Shown piece by piece: positions 29,387 through 39,367 of a stretch of 64,000 nt of DNA. Source of the stretch: an uncultured Methanomicrobiales archaeon (GTDB lineage: Archaea > Halobacteriota > Methanomicrobia > Methanomicrobiales > Methanospirillaceae); NCBI GenBank assembly GCA_963758915.1, contig CAVWXH010000007.1, forward strand, positions 32,001 through 96,000, written 5' to 3'. Made by a program: the position numbers and the translations under genes. The notes beneath the pieces are model-generated. The model did no database searches. It was given only the letters and a program-made list of their open reading frames with translations, and was not told the origin of the DNA. The first letter of the stretch is position 1; each line of letters opens with the position of its first letter.

Positions 29387-29914
29387 ATGGATAGTATTAC
29401 CTCTGTTCTCCTAATTATGACCCTGGTCCTTGGGGCCGGTCTCGTCGTCCTCGCCTTTCGGTACGTATCACTTGCAGGAGGGACAGAGACCCGGGCAAGG
29501 CAGATGTTCGAAGAATGGAAGGGCTGTACTCTGGAACATGAGGCCACCAGCCGTGCTGATGTACTTAACCGGGAATGGGTTCTCGACAGGGAGAAGGTAT
29601 CGCGAGCGGAGGCGGTGAAGCAGAGCGGTGCTACCATCCGGGGCAATGTAACACAGCACCTGGCCCCTTATTTCCCTGATTTCCCATGGAACCCGAGAGA
29701 TACACGTTTTATTGGTACCCCGATCGACCTGGTTGTCTTTTCAGGCTTATCGGATGAGAAAGACCTCGGGGATATTATCTTTGTCGAGATAAAGAGCGGG
29801 AAAACTGGTGCCTTGTCAGAGAGCCAGAAAAAAGTAAAGCGCTATCTTGAGAACGGGGGCCGTATCACCTTTTCACAAATCCACACCGGTACCCGGACAG
29901 ATACACCCATTTAA
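29387..29914 (+). CDS. Membrane-anchored Holliday-junction-resolvase-like (Endonuc_Holl) protein
   Basis: N-terminal TM; RFIGTPIDLVVF, IIFVEIKSG PD-(D/E)xK motif. Confidence 0.85.
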   Translation: MDSITSVLLIMTLVLGAGLVVLAFRYVSLAGGTETRARQMFEEWKGCTLEHEATSRADVLNREWVLDREKVSRAEAVKQSGATIRGNVTQHLAPYFPDFPWNPRDTRFIGTPIDLVVFSGLSDEKDLGDIIFVEIKSGKTGALSESQKKVKRYLENGGRITFSQIHTGTRTDTPI

Positions 29915-29954
29915 TGAGGCAGGGGGACTATACACCTTTTCAGGAACGATTTCT

Positions 29955-31262
29955 ATGAGTATTGAAATCCGGCTGGCTAACGAGGACGAGGTGCCGATAG
30001 TAACCCTTACAGGAAGACTCGACGGGTTCGGAGCACAGCAACTGGAGACTGGACTGAAGGAAATTGTGAGGGATGACACAAGATCCGTGATCTTCAACCT
30101 TGCAGGGGTGGACTACCTTTCAAGTGCCGGGATCCGCGTCCTCCTCGGGCTGAAGAAGAGGCTGAAGCTGAGAGACGGGACACTCGCCCTTATCAATGTC
30201 CGGGAGTTTCCAAAAAGTGTGCTGGAAATGGCCGGGTTCCTTACAGTACTTGATATCTATCCCACGCTCCAGGAGGCCCAGGTTGCATGCCGGGTGAAAC
30301 CCAGCGAGGAGGGAGTCCTGTTCGGGGTAAGACACCCGTCTTTTATGGTTGACGGGGTCACCTATGCAATCGAACCCGGGTCACCGAAGGAAGCCTCGCT
30401 TATCGTCACCGGGAGCCTTGTAAAGGTCCTGTATTCTGCGATCACCCTGCAGGACATCCGGACACTCGGGTTTAAGGAAGCGGATTATTCGCTCGGCCTC
30501 GGTGCGCTTGGAAAAGATGCAGCCGATGCATTGGCACTGATGGGGGAGATGATCACGCTGCATGGTTCGATGGTCTACGTCCCGACGGATGGCCATTTTA
30601 CCCCGGACTTCTTCACCCCGGTAAAGGAGACAGGGGAGGTAACAATCTTCACCGGGTTCAATGTGCGGCTCTCCGGTCCTTTCCACGAGCTGTTCACCTT
30701 CGAGACCAGCCGGGAAAACGGTGTATCCCTGGCGGAGATCTATTCGGCAATAATTAACCTCGCACGGGCACGAAGGGCTGATTTCCACGGTATCCTGAGC
30801 CTCGTTATCTGGGGAGTTATAGAAGGTGTAATCAGTTCTGAGATCACCCGTTCCCCCCTGCAGGAGCGGGCCCCGGTGAACCATAAATCGATCATGGACC
30901 CGGAAAATTATGACGAATGGAATGACACCAACCGGGAACCCCGGTACCGCGGGGATACCCTCGTGAGTTTCGGGATTGGCATCGACTTGTCCGGGGACCT
31001 CTCAGGATTCTCATCCGAAGACCTCGAAACACTCCATTATGTCCACCCGGGGAATAAGGGAATGGCAACAATGTACCTGCACAACCACGGGGTCATCTTC
31101 CGGAACACACCCTATGACCCGAAATTCGAACTCTCGCGCCAGGTGAAGACTATCGCAGAGAATGGAGAATTCGTGGACATGCGCCACCTGATGGATGAGA
31201 CAAGACTGCGCAAGGCAAAAATCGGTGTCTCCTATATTTCATCAATCAAACGGCAGGAATAA
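29955..31262 (+). CDS. STAS domain fused to an unrecognised ~320-aa C-terminal domain
   Basis: LTGRLD..VDYLSSAGIRVLL..VLEMAGF STAS motif; likely start MSIEIR at 29955. Confidence 0.8.
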   Translation: MSIEIRLANEDEVPIVTLTGRLDGFGAQQLETGLKEIVRDDTRSVIFNLAGVDYLSSAGIRVLLGLKKRLKLRDGTLALINVREFPKSVLEMAGFLTVLDIYPTLQEAQVACRVKPSEEGVLFGVRHPSFMVDGVTYAIEPGSPKEASLIVTGSLVKVLYSAITLQDIRTLGFKEADYSLGLGALGKDAADALALMGEMITLHGSMVYVPTDGHFTPDFFTPVKETGEVTIFTGFNVRLSGPFHELFTFETSRENGVSLAEIYSAIINLARARRADFHGILSLVIWGVIEGVISSEITRSPLQERAPVNHKSIMDPENYDEWNDTNREPRYRGDTLVSFGIGIDLSGDLSGFSSEDLETLHYVHPGNKGMATMYLHNHGVIFRNTPYDPKFELSRQVKTIAENGEFVDMRHLMDETRLRKAKIGVSYISSIKRQE

Positions 31263-31293
31263 AACCAGTAAGCGTTCCGAAAAAAGAAATTAT

Positions 31294-31377
31294 GGCTGAT
31301 ATGAAAAACTCAGGTTAAACAATCCGGAAGCCACCTTTTTTTATGTCTATCTATGAGCCAGGGGCCCATAGCATGCT
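31294..31377 (+). repeat. Dispersed ~85-bp hairpin repeat, copy B (diverged)
   Basis: GGCTGATATGAAAAACTC..AAACAATC..GCCACCTTTTT..ATCTATGAGCC..GGCCCATAGCATGCT aligns to 2941-3025. Confidence 0.8.
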
Positions 31378-31520
31378 TTGTTGAAATGCTCTGAAACGAT
31401 CTTACATTTTTTTTGTATTCCGAAATGTACCAACGCTCCCGGGGCTCCGCCCCGGAAAACGTGGGAAGATCTGGGAATACCCTGATGTCCATGATAGATT
31501 ATAGAGCATATCAATAAAAC
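31375..31520. mobile_element. Second MITE-like element with IS903-like TIRs
   Basis: Left end GCTTTGTTGAAATGCTC vs reverse complement of right end GTTTTATTGATATGCTC (14/17); 146 bp, non-coding. Confidence 0.6.
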
Positions 31521-31674
31521 AGATAGTAAGGCCATTTTTTCCTCTCCCTGCCCTTTATAGTCCTGATACGCCCTGTTTCAGATTTGGAGTTATTTCATCA
31601 GATATTCCCTCATCCAGGGACTCCTGCCTGCGGGAATTTATTTTCAATGCACAAAACGTGACCACTACCCCGGT

Positions 31675-32493
31675 TCACGCGGGGGCAGGTATTATGCCGA
31701 GCATGTAGAGAGCGATGAGGATGAGCAGGAATGCAAATATTCCCGATAGTTTTCTGGCAGGGAGGTGGTTTGCAACATGTACCCCGATAATAGTGAACGG
31801 GATTGTCACACAAACAATAATCCCCCATAATACCAGGTTCACGTACCCGATAGAGAATGGCGGGAGGCCCGGAACACCGATCCCGTTAATAATATACGCG
31901 ATCGTGCTCCCGGCAGAAGAAAACATGATACATGCTGATGATGTGGCCATTGCTTCGTGTACCGGAACCCCGAATATACAGACTAATATCGGGAGTATGA
32001 TCAGCCCGCCACCAATCCCAATAATCCCGGATACCAGACCGAATAAAAATCCTGCAATACTCCAGTAAACCCATGGTATTCTTTTCTTGCCCCAGTCCTT
32101 GGGGAGCGGTAATACCATTCGGATGGCAGATATGATGAGGAACAGTCCGAACAGTATTTTTAATGGTCCACCAGGGACATGCGTGGCGATTGTGCCCCCG
32201 ATAAGTCCGCCGATAATGCCTGCACTCCCGATCAGTAGAACAATTTTCCAGATAATTGAACGTTCTTTTGCGTGCTCATGGGTATTGACTGCGGATATCA
32301 CCAGGGCAATGGCGACACTGGTACCAAACGCGACGCGGACAGACGTGTTTGTGTCATACCCGTAATGGGTGAGCATCCAGTACATGACCGGGTTGTCAAT
32401 ATACGAACCGGCAAGACCAAGGAGCCCGGATGAAAAACCGGCAAGTACCCCGGTTATCACGAGTATGGTAACAGCAAGCCAGGTTTCAATCAT
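31675..32493 (-). CDS. TauE/SafE (sulfite exporter family) membrane protein
   Basis: AGFSSGLLGLAG, AFGTS, SGIIGIGGGLIILP, AMATS; likely start MIETW at 32493. Confidence 0.88.
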   Translation of the reverse strand: MIETWLAVTILVITGVLAGFSSGLLGLAGSYIDNPVMYWMLTHYGYDTNTSVRVAFGTSVAIALVISAVNTHEHAKERSIIWKIVLLIGSAGIIGGLIGGTIATHVPGGPLKILFGLFLIISAIRMVLPLPKDWGKKRIPWVYWSIAGFLFGLVSGIIGIGGGLIILPILVCIFGVPVHEAMATSSACIMFSSAGSTIAYIINGIGVPGLPPFSIGYVNLVLWGIIVCVTIPFTIIGVHVANHLPARKLSGIFAFLLILIALYMLGIIPAPA

Positions 32494-32809
32494 GGAATTC
32501 CTATCTGAATCAGACAGCCAGGTCATTTTCCCAGGGTTCCCCGGACTGCACGATATCCGGCCGCAAAAATCCCTGGTGGAACTTCTATTTAAATGAAAGA
32601 TGAAATGCGGATGAAGATAATGGTTACCCCTAATTCGGGGAACGCCATATAACAGACATAACAGGAGGAACAACCCTGCCATTGCAGGGATCCGGCCATG
32701 TTGTGCCGGAACCGTTGCTTTGTTTTTTTGTGATCGGTATGGATGGCCGGTATCCGGGACTGGTCCTCAAAGATCGCTATTATGAGCGTTCCACCCCAAT
32801 GCTACTCAC

Positions 32810-35755
32810 ATGAGAGAGCCCCCGGTTAAGACCACCCTCTTCTGGTGTGACCAGTGTAATATTCCGCTCATTGGAAGGTCCTGCAGTTGTGGCGTCAATG
32901 GCCGGGCGATAGAGCTCCTGCAACCATATGATGTTCGTCCTGCGCTTCGGGCTGACATGGCGATGATCAAGGCGCTTGTTTCCGGACAGTTCGGGAATAT
33001 CCCTCTTCCACACATAGTCCTCCTCAATAAAGCTGGAGGTCTCGACCGGAATGACCTGGTTATTGTCAACGGGACCCGTTTCGGCTGGCTATCCTTTGAC
33101 CCGGTCTCCAGGCAGTCCAGGTTCGACATCACCCCCGAGGCCATCCCGTTTGTCCTCCCGTATGCCACGAAGGGTATTGTCGACCTCGAACAGGCAGCAG
33201 TACTTTCCGGTGACCGTGATACCCGGGGCAGGATCGGGGGCAAGCGTTTCACGATTACAACCGGTATCCCGGATGGCACCGTAATAGTAAAGTACCGCGG
33301 ACGGTTCGGAACAGCGGTATTAAAAGACGGGTCATTACGGGTAAAAGAAGTAATGCCCGTCACCCCGGTAAGGCCTGCGGACCCTGAATGGACAGAAGCG
33401 GTCGCCAGGAATACCTACCACTTAAAAAACCTTGAACGAAATGCAGTCCGCTCAATAAAACAACATATGTACGACCGCCCGGTGGCAAACGTCTCATTCT
33501 CGGGCGGCAAGGACAGTACAGCCATCCTCCTGCTTGCAAGGAAGGCCGGGGTGAATGATGCATTTTTCCTTGACACCGGCATCGAATTCCCGGAGACCAT
33601 TGAGTTTGTCCGATCACTTGGGGTAGAGGTGGTCAGCGGGGCTGGTGATTTCTGGTCGGCAGTGGAGAAGGCAGGCCCACCCGCCAAGGACAACCGCTGG
33701 TGCTGCAAGCTCCTGAAACAGAACCCGCTCCGGCTCTACCTGGAAAAAACCGGCCCCTGCGTGACCATACAGGGCAACCGGTGGTACGAGTCCTGGAACC
33801 GGGCCGATCTCGAGCTTGCAGTCCAGAACCCTTTAAACCCGCTCCAGCTGAACGTCTCCCCTGTACGGAACTGGCGGGCGCTCGAAGTATTCCTGTACCT
33901 CTGGTGGCAGGACGCCCCGATCAATCCGCTTTATGATATGGGGCTGGAACGGATTGGCTGCTATCCGTGTCCCTCGATGCTTGAATCAGAGTTCTCGGAA
34001 CTCGGGCGGATTCACCCGGATCTCATGGCAAGGTGCATGGAGTTCCTCACCCGTTGGGCCGAAAAAAAGGGCTTTCCCCCGGAATATGTCACGTTCGGGC
34101 TCTGGCGCTGGAAGGGACTCCCGAACAAGATGCAGGAACTCTGCCGGCAGCACAATATCCCACTCCGGGAAACCACGGAGGGTGTAGTGGTAGTACCGCT
34201 GTCTGCCGGTGCACCCCAGGCATCAAGGGAAATAACACGGGGAGCCCCCGGCCCTGGTTCATCACCCGGTACCAGGCAGGGACCGAGGACCATGGGAAAG
34301 ATCAGTGCTGCACCGGGGGGAAACGTAACCGCTGGTCCCCCGAAGGGAAAAGAACACCCGCAGCGAAATCATAAGCCCTCGGTCGGGACGACGGGTCCAA
34401 AGCCGGAAGAACCAAAGATAACTACCGGCAATGCACCGGCTGATATCCAGGCAGCCAGCCGGGCGGTCATATTAGTACCTGAACCACCACTCCAGTCAGG
34501 GAGATCCGGCAGTGAAACCGCAATTCCGCCGGGTAAGGACCTGGTCATTCCTTCACGGGAAGAGGAGGACTTTTTTGAGGGACTCCGCCCTGACTTTTCC
34601 CTCCTTACGGATATCATTTACCTTGACAGCGCATCGATGGGCCTCTCCCCTGAGCCTGTACTCCAGGCGATGCTGGAATATGAACGGAATTACCGTTCGA
34701 ATATCGGAAAAAATGTGCACCGTCTTTCGGGGATTGCGACCCAGCGGTACCACCATGCGCATGAAAAGGTTGCATCGTTCATAGGTGGATCTGGTGGAGA
34801 ACTTGTTTTTACAAAAAATGCCACCGAAGCGATGAACATTGTAGCCCGTGGAATTTCCTGGCAGCACGGGGACCGCATCATCACCACCGTGCTTGAGCAC
34901 CACTCCAGCCTCCTGCCCTGGAAAGGGACGAATGCCCTTGGGACATCCCTTGAGGTCCTCCCGGTTGGTCCGGACTACCTGCCTGATATCTCCCTGCTCG
35001 AAGAGTTGCTGGGAAGGGGTGGCGTGAGGCTCATTGCTATTACCCATGCATCTCATGTGCTCGGGGTGATCACCCCGGTACGGGAGATAGCCCGGGTCTG
35101 CCATGAGCATGATGCCCTTCTGCTTGTTGACGGGTCACAGTCTGTTTCGCACATCCCCGTGGACGTAACCCGGCTCGGTGCAGATTTCTTCAGCTGTTCA
35201 GGCCATGCAATGCTGGGCCCGACTGGTACCGGGGTCTTGTGGATAAAAGAGCTGGGTGCCCTTTCCCCATCCATGCCGGGCAGCGGAATGTTGGAAACCC
35301 CCACGGCGACAGGTACTACCCCGGTACAGGGGTACCAGCAGTATGAAGCAGGAACCCCCAATATTTCCGGCGGTATCGGTCTTGGTGCGGCTGTGGATTA
35401 CATGAGCACTATCGGAATGGACCGGGTCAGGCGCCACGATATTCACCTCACGTCCCGCATGGTTGACGGACTGAAAGGAATAGAGAGCGTACGCGTGTTC
35501 ATTCCGGATGATCCCCGGGAGCGGGTAGGAGTCATCTCATTCACTATCGGGACCATCGATCCGGATGACATCGCCCGCTACCTGGATGAAAATGCAGATA
35601 TCATGGTACAATCCGGTCTTCATGGTTGTGGACCGCTCATGGGGGCCCTGGGGCTTCCGAAGGGGACAGTACGTGCCAGTCTTGCCCTGTATACTAACGA
35701 GTACGACGTGGATATGCTACTTACGGCCGTCGCAGAGATCGCCCGGGGAATGTAG
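32810..35755 (+). CDS. PAPS/APS-reductase-family protein fused to a degenerate SufS-like cysteine desulfurase domain
   Basis: N-terminal CxxC..CxC; SFSGGKDS; RWCCK; RIGCYPCP; Pro/Gly-rich linker; class V domain IYLDSA, EHHS, VDGSQ, EAGTPN. Confidence 0.88.
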   Translation: MREPPVKTTLFWCDQCNIPLIGRSCSCGVNGRAIELLQPYDVRPALRADMAMIKALVSGQFGNIPLPHIVLLNKAGGLDRNDLVIVNGTRFGWLSFDPVSRQSRFDITPEAIPFVLPYATKGIVDLEQAAVLSGDRDTRGRIGGKRFTITTGIPDGTVIVKYRGRFGTAVLKDGSLRVKEVMPVTPVRPADPEWTEAVARNTYHLKNLERNAVRSIKQHMYDRPVANVSFSGGKDSTAILLLARKAGVNDAFFLDTGIEFPETIEFVRSLGVEVVSGAGDFWSAVEKAGPPAKDNRWCCKLLKQNPLRLYLEKTGPCVTIQGNRWYESWNRADLELAVQNPLNPLQLNVSPVRNWRALEVFLYLWWQDAPINPLYDMGLERIGCYPCPSMLESEFSELGRIHPDLMARCMEFLTRWAEKKGFPPEYVTFGLWRWKGLPNKMQELCRQHNIPLRETTEGVVVVPLSAGAPQASREITRGAPGPGSSPGTRQGPRTMGKISAAPGGNVTAGPPKGKEHPQRNHKPSVGTTGPKPEEPKITTGNAPADIQAASRAVILVPEPPLQSGRSGSETAIPPGKDLVIPSREEEDFFEGLRPDFSLLTDIIYLDSASMGLSPEPVLQAMLEYERNYRSNIGKNVHRLSGIATQRYHHAHEKVASFIGGSGGELVFTKNATEAMNIVARGISWQHGDRIITTVLEHHSSLLPWKGTNALGTSLEVLPVGPDYLPDISLLEELLGRGGVRLIAITHASHVLGVITPVREIARVCHEHDALLLVDGSQSVSHIPVDVTRLGADFFSCSGHAMLGPTGTGVLWIKELGALSPSMPGSGMLETPTATGTTPVQGYQQYEAGTPNISGGIGLGAAVDYMSTIGMDRVRRHDIHLTSRMVDGLKGIESVRVFIPDDPRERVGVISFTIGTIDPDDIARYLDENADIMVQSGLHGCGPLMGALGLPKGTVRASLALYTNEYDVDMLLTAVAEIARGM

Positions 35756-35826
35756 ATTCAGGGTTATTACAGCATATTCCTGTACTGGCTTGATTGGAGT
35801 ACCTGATAACCAGTCTTAATGAATTC

Positions 35827-35911
35827 AGCGTGCTATGAGCCTTTTAGCTCAAAGATGAGCATGAAAGAGTTGGCCTTTCAGATTGTTTTGCCGGAGATTT
35901 TCATACCAGCC
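35827..35911 (-). repeat. Dispersed ~85-bp hairpin repeat, copy C (no adjacent MITE)
   Basis: Reverse complement has 6 mismatches to 2941-3025. Confidence 0.9.
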
Positions 35912-36100
35912 GATTTTTCTGAATATTCCGACTCGGCCTGTTGCTATCCAGGTGATGATTCTTTCCAGCTGTTACATTTCGTCTATTACGCGAATCACCA
36001 GGGTGTAACCGGAACAACGGCGATGAAAATCTGACTGCTGTTCTTCAGATATACCAAAATCGAAAGCTATATGCCCATTCATTCAAAAATAACCCATTAT

Positions 36101-37600
36101 ATGTGTGCAAGTTTTCTCGGATCACTTTTCAGGCAAAAGCCTCACATCGTCGAGAGTCCGCCGCCTCCCGTGATCGCACACGGTGCCGGTATGCAGGTGC
36201 CGGAATTTAAGCAAAAACCCTATTTTATCGTGGCCTCGGTGGAGATGGGCAACACAACAACAAAATGCATCCTCACTGGCGTAAACCTGGATACCGGGAT
36301 GTCGTATGTTATTAATAAAACTGTTAAAATGAGCCGGGATGTTCGAAAACCTAAGCCCGGAGAAGAAATATTTGGTGAAACCCTTGACGGGACACAGCTC
36401 ACCAGGGAATCTGTTACTGACCTTGTCAGGGAAACGCTCATCCAGAGTCACCGGGAGGTGCACCTTGATATTCTCCACGACCTTGATTTTGTTGTCAGGA
36501 GCACGGGTGTCGTGGCCGCGATGGACTCTCCCGACCAGGTCGGTGTATTTGTAATCGCACTTGCAAACGGTTGTCTTTCCGCCGGCGTCCCTCCCAGGAA
36601 GATGACTCCGCCCATGTCGAAGGCAAACCAGTCTGAAAAACTGCAGCCATATAGTTTTGCAGATAAAGTCGTCTTTGTCGGGGCTGTCGCAGGGGTAGTC
36701 CCACCGGTTGGCAGTACCGGTGTTGAGATGGTCGCGAACGAAATGGAAGGTGAACTTGCCATGGCCGGTATCAAAGAGGGTGCGAAATGGACCCCCGTTG
36801 ATTTCAGGAACCCGTGCATCTCCATCGATTTTGGTACCACACTTGACGGCCGGATCACGAGTGACGTTACGCCAGAAGACCCGAACCCGTTTGCAAAGAC
36901 AATCGGGAATTTCTGCGGCCTTGCGGGCGCCATCCCGGATGCAATCATCCGGGGGACCGGGCTCGTGGACGGGCGGACCGGCACGGCACTCGACGTGTTC
37001 GGTGACCAGAGCATTCTTGGAGGTTTTTCACTCCGCTCAAAACGGAACGAAGTAGAGGACTTCGTGGAACGCAGCCATAAGATCATTGATATCAGGATCG
37101 TACCGCCGGAACGAAGACGGTTCGGACGTGTGCCCGTCTATGCGGATATTGCCAAGGCGTCGGGAGTAGCCATGATTGGGTGTGACGCCGGTGAGGAAGC
37201 GAGCGGGTTAGAGGAACTGAAAAAAATCGGGGCCGAAATCCACGAGAATTATAACCTCGGGTTCCTGAACGTGGTCATCGACCAGGTATGCGCAAAGATG
37301 GCCCTCCGGCTGATCGATGTTGCCATTGATGAGCACCTGGTCTTCCCGAACAGTTCGATCGGGTTTACCGGGAGGGCTGCGATATCAGGGAGAAAACCTG
37401 AGTATATTCTTGAAGGAATTATCGAGAGAAAGCTCTTCGATGACCCGAATGACCACCTCGTATTTGTGGATGATGGTCTCGCACGTGGTGCAGCTCTTAT
37501 GGGGCGGTGCATGAACTCCCTCGGCAAACCGAAACAGCCGATTGGTGGAGTCCGTGGTGGCCCGTGTATTATGAACAGACGTATTAAGGCAGGGAAATAA
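36101..37600 (+). CDS. Methanogenesis marker 14 protein
   Basis: VASVEMGNTTTKC, DFRNPCISIDFGTTLDGR, VDDGLARGAALMGRCMNSLG. Confidence 0.9.
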   Translation: MCASFLGSLFRQKPHIVESPPPPVIAHGAGMQVPEFKQKPYFIVASVEMGNTTTKCILTGVNLDTGMSYVINKTVKMSRDVRKPKPGEEIFGETLDGTQLTRESVTDLVRETLIQSHREVHLDILHDLDFVVRSTGVVAAMDSPDQVGVFVIALANGCLSAGVPPRKMTPPMSKANQSEKLQPYSFADKVVFVGAVAGVVPPVGSTGVEMVANEMEGELAMAGIKEGAKWTPVDFRNPCISIDFGTTLDGRITSDVTPEDPNPFAKTIGNFCGLAGAIPDAIIRGTGLVDGRTGTALDVFGDQSILGGFSLRSKRNEVEDFVERSHKIIDIRIVPPERRRFGRVPVYADIAKASGVAMIGCDAGEEASGLEELKKIGAEIHENYNLGFLNVVIDQVCAKMALRLIDVAIDEHLVFPNSSIGFTGRAAISGRKPEYILEGIIERKLFDDPNDHLVFVDDGLARGAALMGRCMNSLGKPKQPIGGVRGGPCIMNRRIKAGK

Positions 37601-37623
37601 ACAGGATCTGGAGTTTGGGAAGA

Positions 37624-37929
37624 ATGATGCAGGAAGATCCGTCGGGTTCAGCCGGAACAGGAACGAACAGGGAGATCACCGGAGAAAAAGAACAGGAAGC
37701 TGAAGAACTTTTTGACCTCATTATACCTCCCGGTACACCACAAAGTGTAATTTCTGATGTCAACATGAAATTTGACGTCGAAATCGTTGAGAGGAAGGAA
37801 AGGCTGCATTTTGCTAATATGGATGGGGATGAACGGATACTCCTTGCATTCAGGGGTAAACTTGGGGTAATGAAGGAACTTGAACCCTATTTTTATGTAA
37901 AAGTAAAGGAATTTATCGACAGGCCATAA
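37624..37929 (+). CDS. Conserved hypothetical protein
   Basis: FDLIIPPGTP..FANMDGDER.LLAFRG; follows marker 14 closely. Confidence 0.7.
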   Translation: MMQEDPSGSAGTGTNREITGEKEQEAEELFDLIIPPGTPQSVISDVNMKFDVEIVERKERLHFANMDGDERILLAFRGKLGVMKELEPYFYVKVKEFIDRP

Positions 37930-38138
37930 TTATTTCAATTATTTTCCCGATAACGGTTACCGGGAAGTTTTTTTCTGCAGGGTTATTCCGGATATCCCCT
38001 GCGCCAGGTTTTTCAGCCCTGTTAGAAACACTACATGAACGGGCATACTTTCCTGGTCCGGCTGTAAATCCATGTTCACTGATGGTGTCAATACAATCAA
38101 AAAAAGGAATGTCCGGTATCCTAGAAGGGACCCATCTA

Positions 38139-39162
38139 TTAGAAAAACTCCTGTGCGGCGTACCAGGTATCAGTAGCCTGGTCATATGCTACGCCAACTC
38201 CTATGATAGTAAACTTCTGTTCATTGGAATCAACAATATTGGCGCGGTGTCCCGGGCTGTTCATCCATGCTTCGACAATGAACCTTGCCAGCTCATCCGG
38301 AGTCCCCGGGTAATTACTGAGCATTGCGATATTTTCACCGACCCCAACCCGGACATATGTCCCGAAATCCTTTTCCACCAGATAACCATGCCGTACCGCC
38401 CTGTCGGCTGGTGTCTCACCATCAGGATTGATATGGTTAAAAAATCCTCTTGCTGCCATATCGACACAATGGTCACGGCCGATTACTGCAAGTTGCTCGT
38501 CCCATTTCAAAGCGGGTTTTCCAGCATTTGCCCGCTCAATGTTTGTATAATACAAAATTCTCTGCTCGACCTGTCGTGTGGTGTCGTTAACGATAATTGT
38601 TGATGGGACCGGTTTTGCAGGGGCTGATGGGAGTAATGTTGGCAGAGGTACGACAGGTATCGCCGGCTTTATGGTCGGTACAGGTTTTAGTACTACCGGT
38701 TTTGACTGGAGAAACGGGTATTTTTGTGATTTTGTCGTATTGGGATGAACAGGGACAGGAACCCTCCCGGAGAACCCCGATGAATATGCATTTGCCGGGG
38801 TTAACGATGTCCCGGGTGAAGGGATTAACATTGATGACCCGGAAGCAGAAGGCGGGATCAGAAATAAGGGTCTTGACCGGGATTACTGTTGGTTTTGGCA
38901 GGATATTTACGGTATTGAGTGGTCTGGTGATACCATTCGGGAAATACTGCATGCCCGCAGTTGCATCAACGAAGATTACCGCATTTTGTGTCAATGGGTT
39001 ATCGGTTTCATTTTCACAGGTATTTTCATAATTCTGCCACGTAACGGCTGATGTCGCAATCACAAGTATTCCTGTAATAAGGAGGACCATGACTGCTATC
39101 GTCCGGGCTCTGGTATTGTGGGCTGCCATTTTGTGCTCATGAACGTATCCGGACAATCTCAT
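38139..39162 (-). CDS. CAP/SCP-domain secreted protein, split by an apparent frameshift near 38870
   Basis: Signal-peptide ORF 38587-39162 joins ORF 38139-38831 (TNIER, HCVDMAARGFFNH, GENIA, WMNSPGHRANI). Confidence 0.8.
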
Positions 39163-39367
39163 ATACTCTTTCCGGTGAAACTACAAGGTTACGGGTAATT
39201 CCTATGATGTTTCATAACGCTGAAAAATTAAAAGAGACTCCGCTGCAGGGAAAAGCAGGCGCATTCTTCCAACCATTGGCTCCTGTTGCCGGTTCACCTC
39301 AAAGGAAATGGTTAAATGAATTCCAATCCTTTTTATTATGATCGATATCTGAATCACGAGGGATTCA

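Noticed and set aside
32810-35755. Complete Dnd/Ssp phosphorothioation system
   Set aside because: No dndB/D/E, ssp or pbe-like genes are adjacent; only the domain logic is analogous
35819-36034. 71-aa ORF, and likewise the short ORFs at 31310-31535
   Set aside because: They overlap the non-coding dispersed repeat or MITE and are likely spurious
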